The notes beneath the pieces were generated by a model. That model had not been told where the DNA came from and ran no database searches. It saw only the letters and a program-made list of their open reading frames with translations. A program made the position numbers and the translations under genes. 45,952 nt of DNA from an uncultured Prevotellaceae bacterium (GTDB lineage Bacteria; Bacteroidota; Bacteroidia; Bacteroidales; Bacteroidaceae): assembly GCA_900321835.1 (NCBI GenBank), contig ONXQ01000005.1, forward strand, positions 1 to 45,952, given 5' to 3'. The number at the start of each line of letters is the position of its first letter. The stretch's first letter is position 1. This document shows, piece by piece, positions 7,613 to 15,438 of this stretch.

Positions 7613-9028
7613 ATGGTTCTGCTGACAGTCATACTCTACTTTGCCCTCCTGTTCGGCATTTCGCGGCTGACGGGACGGGGCACGAACGACGATTTCTTTC
7701 GGGCGGGACGACGGTCGCCGTGGCCGCTGGTGGCCTTCGGCATGGTCGGAGCGAGCATCTCGGGCGTGACGTTCGTGAGCGTGCCGGGCATGGTCACGAC
7801 GAGCGACATGACCTACCTGCAGATGTGCCTGGGATTCATTCTCGGCTATGTGGTCGTGGCCTTCGTGCTGCTGCCGCTCTACTACAAATATAACCTGACA
7901 AGCATCTATACCTACCTGGGCACGCGCCTGGGCCCCGTGAGCAGGAAGACGGGGGCGTGGTTTTTCCTGCTGTCGAAACTGACGGGGGCTGCCGCCAAGA
8001 TGTACCTGGTGTGCCTCGTGCTGCGGCAGTTTACGGGCCTGCCCTTCGTGGTCATCACGGCGGGTGCGCTCGTGCTCATCTGGCTCTACACGCGGCGTGG
8101 AGGCATCCGCACGCTGGTGTGGACCGACGCCGTGCAGACGCTGTGCCTGCTCGCTGCAGCGGCCTTGATTGTGGCCGAGGTGGCGTCGCAGTTGGGGATG
8201 TCGGCCGGCGAAGCGTGGCAGGCGGTGTGGACCGACCCGCATTCGCGCATTTTCGAGATGGACGACTGGGCAAGCCGGCAGAATTTCTGGAAACAGTTTC
8301 TGAGCGGCGTGTTCGTGGTGATTGTGATGACGGGGCTCGACCAGGACATGATGCAGAAGAACCTGACGTGCAAAAGCCTGCGCGACGGACAGAAGGACCT
8401 GTGCAGTTATGGTCTGCTGTTTCTGCCGGTCAACTTCCTGTTTCTCTCACTCGGGGTGCTGCTCCTGCTGTTCTATGCCCGGCATCCCGAACTGGCGCTG
8501 CCCGAGCGTGGCGACGACCTGCTGCCGACGGTCGTGGGCAGCGGCCTGCTGGGCGAGACGGCACTGGTGCTCTTCGTCATCGGCATCGTGGCGTCGGCCT
8601 TCAGCAGTGCCGACTCGGCGCTGACGGCGCTGACCACGAGCGTGTGTGTCGATTTGTTGCCCCGACAGGCCACAGTGCGGCAGCGCAAGTGGATTCACGC
8701 CGGAATGACGGCGGCACTGCTCGGCGTCATCCTGGCCATCGAGGCCATCGGCAGCAGCAGTGTGCTCGACCTCATCTATATGCTTGTGGGCTACACCTAC
8801 GGCCCGCTGCTCGGCCTGTTCGCCTTCGGCATGACCACCCGCCTCGGCGTACACGACCGGCTGGTGCCCTGGGTGGCCGTGGCCTCTCCCCTGCTCTGTT
8901 GGGCGTGCGACATGGCTGCGCGGCAGTGGTGGAACTACCGTTTTGGCTACGAACTGCTGCTGCTCAACGGCCTGCTCACTTTCGCGGGTCTGCTGCTCGT
9001 GAGCCGACACGAGAAAGCCCGAAGGTGA
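7613..9028 (+). CDS. sodium:solute symporter family transporter
   Basis: 471 aa, roughly 12-13 hydrophobic segments. N-terminal SSF signature region FFRAGRRSPWPLVAFGMVGASISGVTFVSVPG. Confidence 0.8.
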   Translation: MVLLTVILYFALLFGISRLTGRGTNDDFFRAGRRSPWPLVAFGMVGASISGVTFVSVPGMVTTSDMTYLQMCLGFILGYVVVAFVLLPLYYKYNLTSIYTYLGTRLGPVSRKTGAWFFLLSKLTGAAAKMYLVCLVLRQFTGLPFVVITAGALVLIWLYTRRGGIRTLVWTDAVQTLCLLAAAALIVAEVASQLGMSAGEAWQAVWTDPHSRIFEMDDWASRQNFWKQFLSGVFVVIVMTGLDQDMMQKNLTCKSLRDGQKDLCSYGLLFLPVNFLFLSLGVLLLLFYARHPELALPERGDDLLPTVVGSGLLGETALVLFVIGIVASAFSSADSALTALTTSVCVDLLPRQATVRQRKWIHAGMTAALLGVILAIEAIGSSSVLDLIYMLVGYTYGPLLGLFAFGMTTRLGVHDRLVPWVAVASPLLCWACDMAARQWWNYRFGYELLLLNGLLTFAGLLLVSRHEKARR

Positions 9029-9058
9029 CGACGCACCTTCGGGCTTTCGGTTCGTTTT
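9016..9058. terminator. stem-loop terminator shared by convergent genes
   Basis: AGCCCGAAGGTG-acgacg-CACCTTCGGGCT followed by ttcggttcgtttt; overlaps the symporter stop codon. Confidence 0.65.
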
Positions 9059-9074
9059 CAGCGGTTCTGAAGAC

Positions 9075-9572
9075 TTATTCCGGATCGGGAGTAATGGCTT
9101 CGAGAATCTTGCGTGCATCGGGATTAGCCGGGTCGGTAGATGTGCTCCAAACCATCAGGACTTCCTGCGGCAACTGGGCGATGTAGAGCAACTGATACTC
9201 ATCGCGCGTGGTGTTGTAAGCCTCCCAAGAGATGTCGCCAATGAGGAACTCTTCGGCCTTGTTCTCGGGTGTGCAGCCCGTGTTGGTCTTGCAAGCCTCG
9301 ATGTCGCTGCCTTCGCGGAACTTCAGAGCAACATTCTCGTTGCTTATCATAAGTTCCGAAACGGTGTCTTCCCAATCCCAGCCAGCAGGAACGGACACTG
9401 TGTAGTGGCCGCTGTAGCGGGAAACATCGTGTGGCTCTGCTACTTCTTCAGTAACTTCTTCTTCGGTAGCAACCGAGTCAGTGCCTTCACCCTGGTTGTT
9501 GGTGGTTCCGCTGCAAGCAGCGAACATCATTGCAGCGGCTGCAACGATGGCAAAACTGAAAATCTTTTTCAT
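9075..9572 (-). CDS. small lipoprotein, function unknown
   Basis: MKKIFSFAIVAAAAMMFAACSG lipobox; TAACTTTG box on the minus strand at 9640-9647. Confidence 0.6.
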   Translation of the reverse strand: MKKIFSFAIVAAAAMMFAACSGTTNNQGEGTDSVATEEEVTEEVAEPHDVSRYSGHYTVSVPAGWDWEDTVSELMISNENVALKFREGSDIEACKTNTGCTPENKAEEFLIGDISWEAYNTTRDEYQLLYIAQLPQEVLMVWSTSTDPANPDARKILEAITPDPE

Positions 9573-9833
9573 TCGACTTTTACTTTTAATAGATTAGGTG
9601 ATAAAAATGCGATGGGCTGTCTGTTGTCCCATACGGCGACAAAGTTATGCTTAAATTCTTGTTCTGCCAAAAATTTTAACATCTTTTTTTCGTTTTCGCC
9701 TGAAATACAGCATCAAATGCTCCGCATCAGGTGGAAACGTTCTAAAAACTTGCTAAAGTAAAAAAATCAGCAAAGATCGATAAAAAAATTGCATTTTAAC
9801 AGTTTTTTGACCATTTATCTGCAAAATTATTTT

Positions 9834-9841
9834 TAACTTTG
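9834..9841 (+). promoter_or_regulatory. -7 promoter box TAACTTTG
   Basis: 67 nt upstream of ATG 9909, inside a 330-bp AT-rich divergent intergenic region. Confidence 0.5.
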
Positions 9842-9908
9842 CAGGTGGAGAAATTCACGCTCCATCGAGACCTATTTTTTCTTATTCTTAAACTAACACC
9901 AACTACGT

Positions 9909-12875
9909 ATGAAGAAATTCTACATGATTGCTCTGCTGGCAACCCTCTTGCTGGGATTGTCGGCACAGGCGCAAATCACGGACACTCCCGTGCAACGCCC
10001 GAAGACAAAGGCCGGCGCTCCCGAAAACGGCAAGACCTATGTGATGGTCAGCGCCTACAGTCCGCTGCGCCACTACTCCAACCTCACTTCGTGGGACAAT
10101 GCCGTGTACCTCACTCAGGACATCGAGTTTGAGTTCACAGCCATCCAAAACGAGGACGACACTTGGTCGTTCACCCGCCAAGACGGCGACAAAACGCTCT
10201 ACATGATTACCCGCGAAGGCGACGGAAACTTGCGCTGGAACTCCGAAGAGCAGACCAAATGGCTGGTTGAACCCGGCGACTTCAAAGGCTTTGTCCGCCT
10301 CAAGGCCGGCGAAGGCAACGGCGAATCACAGCAAAAGTATTACGTCCATCTGAACGCCGGCGCTGAATACATCATCGTCAGTTGCCCCGGCTTCCCCTTC
10401 TACCCCGACTTCGCAGGCGGAATGATTGAAAACCCCGACATCGACGGTGAAGAAGAGTACCTCTCGGACGAAACCGGACGTTTCCTCATGGCCGACCACA
10501 CCAGCGAAAACTGGGCTTTCATCGCCAAAGAAGACTGGACTGACTTCACACAGCGCTATGAAATCTACAACAGCATCCAGAAACTTGAAGGCGACCAATA
10601 CAACATCGACGAATACATCAATGGTTTCAAGGCAACCTACAATGCCGTCGTAGCCATCTACAACGGCGATTGGGATACAGAAACCGACGGACAGACCATG
10701 CTCGACATGATCAACAACAAGATTGCCCTTTTCGAGCGCATTGAGTATGCCTACAGCCTCAATGTTGACCTCATGCTCCAAAACGCCATCAACGAGGCCC
10801 AGAATGCCTTCGACACAAAAACTTCGGCGGCAGACGTCGAAGCAGCCCTCAACGCACTGAACGACGCTATCTTCCAGTTTGAAAGCGGCGCCGGTGACTA
10901 CACGGGACTCATCAAGAACCCGTCGTTCGAAGACTTGAGTTCGCAGGGCGGCAATCAGACGAGCAACGTGGCAGGCGCTCCTGCTGGATGGAACGTTTTC
11001 ATCAACAACGTACAGGTTACAACAGCGGACGAAGTTCGCAATGCCGGCATCTACAACTGGCACGGCATCAACGACGACTGCGACGGTGAAGGCAAGGATG
11101 GCAACTACGGTTTCGGCATCTGGACAGCAGGCGTTCCTGACTACGAGATTTCGCAGACCATCGAAGGCCTGGAGTGCGGCACCTACACCGTAACTGCCGG
11201 TGTGATGGTCGGCGCCAACGGCAACGGTTCACGCCGCACGACGCAGCGCCTCTTCGGAAACCTCAACACGACGTACTTCGGCAGCAGTTCGGAGTATGAT
11301 GCAGACCTGCTCGAACTGGGCGAGGTGCGCGACTTTGCCGGACTTCCTGAACTCACCACAGACAGAACATTGCAACTCATGTCGGTGCGTGCATACGTTT
11401 ACGACGGAACGCTCACGTTTGGCCTGCGCACCGACGGCAACATCAAGGCGGCACTGCGTGAGACGAACAATCCGAACAGCGGCGACGGCTGGTTCAAACT
11501 CGACAATTTCCACATCCAGAAGGAAGGTTACTTCGGCAGCGAGGCTGCTAACGTGGCCAACACCTTCCTCAACATGTTCAAGGCCTATCAAGATCAGTAC
11601 ATGCAGAAGGAACTGACCGAGAAGATTCAAGGTCTGGTCAAGACGTACTCTGAAAAGACGGCCGACTCTCCGAAGGAGAAAATCAACGCGATGATTTCTT
11701 CGCTCTACGGACAGTTGGGTCTGCTTGACGAGGTGAAGGCTTGCATCGAGCAGTACGACCGACTGAGCAAAGCCATCGAAGACGGTTATGTGAGTCTTGA
11801 AGAGTATCTGTATAACAAGGGTGCTGACGAGTATGCCGCATTGCTTGAGGCTGCCGACCAGGGCTATCAGCAGGGTAGTTATGCTGCCGAGGAAATCGAC
11901 GGCGTGATCCAGAGGCTTAACGAGAAACTCGAAGAGGTCATCAAGGCCGGTGTGGCTGTAGGTGAGTACATCAACGTCATCAAGAACCCGTCGTTTGAGG
12001 ACCTTTCGGCTCAAGGCAACAGAAACAGCGACGGCATTGTCAACCCGCCGGCTGGCTGGACGCTGAAGTTCAACGACGTGCTTGTGACCGACGCTTCGCA
12101 GTATAGCGGTGCAGGAGCCAACGTCGGCTGGTGCGCCATCAATGGTGGTGACCCCATCAATGCAGATGACGAAAATGGCAACAACTGGACCCACCAGTAC
12201 ACCGACGGTTCTCACCTGTGGGGCATCTGGGGCGGCAACATGCCTGAAGTCGAACTTTCACAGACCATCGAAGGCCTGCCCGCAGGCACGTACATCCTGG
12301 AGTGCGACATGATTGTCGAGCACAACTGGGGCGGCTACAACGTGACCACACAGCGCATCTTCGGTAACGACTACGTGCAGATGTATGCCGACGAGGCCAC
12401 CTATGCCGAGGGTCTGAACGACACGCCCGACATGGCTCAGGCCAAGAAGGTGGACGCCAAGTACCCCGAGGCCGACATCAAGCACCTGCAGTTTGCCGGC
12501 TGGCAGTCGGTACAGTACGAAGCGGGCAACAACTTCACGTCGTGCCCCTACCCGATGGCCCTCACGTTCGGTGTTGACCACACAGGAACGGCCCACATCG
12601 GATTCCGCACCAACAACGTCAATCCGCAGGGTGTGGCCCACCACCACGACAGCGCCGGATGGTTCAAACTCGACAACTTCCGCCTCTACTACAAATCGAC
12701 GGACATCCCCGTCGGCATCAGCACGATGGAGATGAGCGGGGCCGCCCCACAGGTTGTCGGTCGCCAGTTCTTCACGGCCGACGGTCGCCAGGTGGCTCAG
12801 CCCGGTCGCGGCATCACCATTGTCCGCAACTTGATGAGCGACGGCAGCGTGAAGGCTGTGAAGGTGATCAAGTAG
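9909..12875 (+). CDS. T9SS-secreted 988-aa protein with two CBM-like (NPSFE...GWFKLDNF) domains
   Basis: Signal peptide MKKFYMIALLATLLLGLSAQAQ. Internal duplication 10911-11520 vs 11979-12690 (IKNPSFEDLS...IEGL..GTY...QR(L/I)FGN...GWFKLDNF(H/R)). C-terminal T9SS tail FFTADGRQVAQPGRGITIVRNLMSDGSVKAVKVIK. Confidence 0.75.
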   Translation: MKKFYMIALLATLLLGLSAQAQITDTPVQRPKTKAGAPENGKTYVMVSAYSPLRHYSNLTSWDNAVYLTQDIEFEFTAIQNEDDTWSFTRQDGDKTLYMITREGDGNLRWNSEEQTKWLVEPGDFKGFVRLKAGEGNGESQQKYYVHLNAGAEYIIVSCPGFPFYPDFAGGMIENPDIDGEEEYLSDETGRFLMADHTSENWAFIAKEDWTDFTQRYEIYNSIQKLEGDQYNIDEYINGFKATYNAVVAIYNGDWDTETDGQTMLDMINNKIALFERIEYAYSLNVDLMLQNAINEAQNAFDTKTSAADVEAALNALNDAIFQFESGAGDYTGLIKNPSFEDLSSQGGNQTSNVAGAPAGWNVFINNVQVTTADEVRNAGIYNWHGINDDCDGEGKDGNYGFGIWTAGVPDYEISQTIEGLECGTYTVTAGVMVGANGNGSRRTTQRLFGNLNTTYFGSSSEYDADLLELGEVRDFAGLPELTTDRTLQLMSVRAYVYDGTLTFGLRTDGNIKAALRETNNPNSGDGWFKLDNFHIQKEGYFGSEAANVANTFLNMFKAYQDQYMQKELTEKIQGLVKTYSEKTADSPKEKINAMISSLYGQLGLLDEVKACIEQYDRLSKAIEDGYVSLEEYLYNKGADEYAALLEAADQGYQQGSYAAEEIDGVIQRLNEKLEEVIKAGVAVGEYINVIKNPSFEDLSAQGNRNSDGIVNPPAGWTLKFNDVLVTDASQYSGAGANVGWCAINGGDPINADDENGNNWTHQYTDGSHLWGIWGGNMPEVELSQTIEGLPAGTYILECDMIVEHNWGGYNVTTQRIFGNDYVQMYADEATYAEGLNDTPDMAQAKKVDAKYPEADIKHLQFAGWQSVQYEAGNNFTSCPYPMALTFGVDHTGTAHIGFRTNNVNPQGVAHHHDSAGWFKLDNFRLYYKSTDIPVGISTMEMSGAAPQVVGRQFFTADGRQVAQPGRGITIVRNLMSDGSVKAVKVIK

Positions 12876-12906
12876 GCGAAAGCACACATTCTTGACTTAC
12901 ATTCCG

Positions 12907-12940
12907 AAGGTGTACCCCTCAAGGTACACCTTTTTTTTGT
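12907..12940 (+). terminator. rho-independent terminator
   Basis: AAGGTGTACC-cctcaa-GGTACACCTT followed by a T-run. Confidence 0.8.
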
Positions 12941-12990
12941 CCTTTTTCCACTTTTTCCGCCTAAAATTTTAACATTCGGCGGATAAGCCC

Positions 12991-12998
12991 TAACTTTG
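12991..12998 (+). promoter_or_regulatory. -7 promoter box TAACTTTG
   Basis: Overlaps the nominal TTG start of ORF 12996, which argues for a downstream start. Confidence 0.55.
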
Positions 12999-13022
12999 CA
13001 GGGACAAAAAACAACTGTATCT

Positions 13023-13997
13023 GTGGAAACAATCATACTCATCGTCAAGTTCGTCGTCGGCCTGGCCGCCATCATCAAGGGTGCCGACTGGCTCACCGAC
13101 GGCGCTTCGGCCATAGCCCGTCGCTACGGCATTCCCAGCATCGTCATAGGTCTGACCATCGTCGCCTTCGGCACGAGTGCACCCGAACTCGTGGTCAGCG
13201 TCGTCTCGGCTGTCGAGGGAAAGACGGAGATGGCCGTGGGCAACGTGGTCGGGTCGAACATCTTCAACACCCTGGCCATCATGGGCATCACGGCCCTCAT
13301 CTATCCCGTGGCTTGCAGCAAGAACAACATCCGCTACGACGTGCCCCTCTGCCTCCTGGCCTCCATCGCCCTCATGGCACTGGCACTCGACGGCGACATC
13401 GTCAGCCGCGGCGACGGCATCACCCTGCTCTGCTTCTTCCTCATCTTCATGTTCTACACCTTCGCCATCGCCAAGCAACCGAACGGCACAGCCGAGGGCG
13501 AACAGGAGACAAAGGCGGTGCCCCTCTGGCGCTCCATCGTCCTCTTCCTCGTTGGCCTCGCCTGCCTCATCCTGGGCGGCGAATGGTTTGTGGACGGAGC
13601 CTCGGGCTTTGCCCTCATGATGGGCGTGTCGCAGTCGGTCGTGGCTCTGACCATCGTGGCCGCCGGCACGTCGTTTCCCGAACTCGTCACGTCGATTGTG
13701 GCAGCGCGAAAGGGCGACACAGACATGGCGATGGGCAACGTCGTCGGGTCCAACATCTTCAACATCTTCATGGTGCTGGGCGTTGCATCGGTGCTCAATC
13801 CGCTCCAACTCGGCAACATCTCGCCCCTGGACCTCGGCACGATGACCTTCGGCGCCTTCCTGCTGTGGGTATTCTGCAAGTTCGGCCGCCGCTACCACTA
13901 CGTCACACGCACCGAGGGAGCCCTGCTCACAATCTGCGCCGTTGCCTACTACACCGCGGCCGTGCTGATGGCCACGGGCACCATTCCTGCCCTCTGA
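13023..13997 (+). CDS. calcium/cation antiporter (CaCA / YrbG-like K+-dependent Na+/Ca2+ exchanger family)
   Basis: Two alpha-repeat signatures GLTIVAFGTSAPELVVS and ALTIVAAGTSFPELVTS, GNVVGSNIFN twice. Start set to GTG 13023 because the promoter box covers 12996 (start uncertain). Confidence 0.85.
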   Translation: METIILIVKFVVGLAAIIKGADWLTDGASAIARRYGIPSIVIGLTIVAFGTSAPELVVSVVSAVEGKTEMAVGNVVGSNIFNTLAIMGITALIYPVACSKNNIRYDVPLCLLASIALMALALDGDIVSRGDGITLLCFFLIFMFYTFAIAKQPNGTAEGEQETKAVPLWRSIVLFLVGLACLILGGEWFVDGASGFALMMGVSQSVVALTIVAAGTSFPELVTSIVAARKGDTDMAMGNVVGSNIFNIFMVLGVASVLNPLQLGNISPLDLGTMTFGAFLLWVFCKFGRRYHYVTRTEGALLTICAVAYYTAAVLMATGTIPAL

Positions 13998-14001
13998 TTC
14001 G

Positions 14002-14105
14002 GAGCGCTCGAACGCGGACTTCCGAGCGCTTGGAAATTTTCGTCCGAGCGCTCAGACGTTTCTTTCTGAGCGCTCAGACCTTTACGCGCGCACGCGAGCG
14101 ACGGG
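14002..14105 (+). repeat. 22-bp-phased GAGCGCTC element, 4 units plus tail
   Basis: Cores at 14002, 14024, 14046, 14068; begins 5 nt after the antiporter stop; tail cagacctttacgcgcgcacgcgagcg. Confidence 0.92.
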
Positions 14106-14220
14106 ACCGACGGTGCTCCCGGAATCTGTCCGACACGGGGCAGCGGCGACAAAGGACACGAAACAGCCGCCTAAAAATGCTTTTTGTGGGAAAAAACGTG
14201 TCAATGAGAAAATAATTTCG

Positions 14221-14228
14221 TAAATTTG
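14221..14228 (+). promoter_or_regulatory. -7 promoter box TAAATTTG
   Basis: 42 nt upstream of ATG 14271. Confidence 0.5.
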
Positions 14229-14270
14229 CACACTTTTACGCCTCGCCCACAGCGGGGCACACAACGATTC

Positions 14271-15362
14271 ATGGAAAAAGAAACGACCATACAGTTGCGC
14301 AACGTCACCACAGGCTATCGCGTCAAGGGCAAGGAGAAGGAAATCAGCCTCGGGCTGAACGCCGCACTCCACACCGGCGAGATGACCTGCCTACTCGGCC
14401 CCAACGGAGCCGGCAAATCGACCCTGCTGCGCACGCTGGCAGGTTTCCAGCCGTCGCTCGGCGGCGAAATCACCGTCAACAACAAGCCGCTGAAGAAATA
14501 TGCGCCGAAGGAACTGGCCAAAGCCGTCAGTGTCGTGCTCACCCAGAACGCCGGCATCAAGAACATGACGGTCGAGGAGGTGCTGGCCATCGGACGCAGC
14601 CCCTACACCGGATTCTGGGGACGGCTGCGCGAACGCGACCACAAGATGATTGAGAAATGCCTCTCGTGGGTAGGCATCGAAGACCTGAGCAGCCGCAAGA
14701 TGCACACGCTCAGCGACGGTGAACGCCAGAAGGTGATGATAGCCAAAGCCATTGCACAGGAGACCCCCATCATCTTGCTCGACGAGCCGACGGCCTTCCT
14801 CGACTATCCCTCGAAGGTGGCCATGATGCTCCTGCTCCACCGTCTGGCCAAAGCACTGAAGAAGACCATCTTCCTCTCGACCCACGACCTCGAGCACGCC
14901 CTGCAAATCAGCGACCAAATCTGGCTGCTCGACCACAACAAGGGTCTCACCACGGGCATCCCCGAAGACCTCTGCGCCGAAGGCCACATCGGCCGCTACT
15001 TCGAGCGCGAAGGCATAGGCTTCGACGCCGAGACCTGCACCTTCAGCATCCAGCACGAAGTGGCCCGCGAGGTCATCGTCGAAGGCGACCCCACGTCGCT
15101 CCACTACCACCTCGCCACACGCGCCCTGCAACGCAATGCCATCCGCCCCATCCGCAACATGGCCGAAGCACGCATGGAGAGCACCCGCAACGACGTCGTC
15201 GTCCGCGTCGGCACCGACGGCACCTACCGACTCATCGACCACGGCAAGGAAACCGTCTGCGTCGAGCGCATCGAGCACATCCTCGGCATCGTCGGCTCCA
15301 CCATTGTCAAGAACCAAATCCAAGCCGTCCGCGACGCTGCCCAGATGACTGCCTACGAATAA
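14271..15362 (+). CDS. ABC transporter ATP-binding protein (FepC/BtuD-like) with an extra ~110-aa C-terminal domain
   Basis: Start moved to MEKETTIQLRNV. Walker A GPNGAGKST, signature LSDGERQ, Walker B IILLDEPTAFLD, H-loop STHD. No permease or binding protein adjacent. Confidence 0.85.
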   Translation: MEKETTIQLRNVTTGYRVKGKEKEISLGLNAALHTGEMTCLLGPNGAGKSTLLRTLAGFQPSLGGEITVNNKPLKKYAPKELAKAVSVVLTQNAGIKNMTVEEVLAIGRSPYTGFWGRLRERDHKMIEKCLSWVGIEDLSSRKMHTLSDGERQKVMIAKAIAQETPIILLDEPTAFLDYPSKVAMMLLLHRLAKALKKTIFLSTHDLEHALQISDQIWLLDHNKGLTTGIPEDLCAEGHIGRYFEREGIGFDAETCTFSIQHEVAREVIVEGDPTSLHYHLATRALQRNAIRPIRNMAEARMESTRNDVVVRVGTDGTYRLIDHGKETVCVERIEHILGIVGSTIVKNQIQAVRDAAQMTAYE

Positions 15363-15438
15363 TTCTTTCTCGTTTAATTTTTAATCCTTCATTCCTGATT
15401 TTTAATTTACAATTCTTATCTTTTCCACACCATAATCA

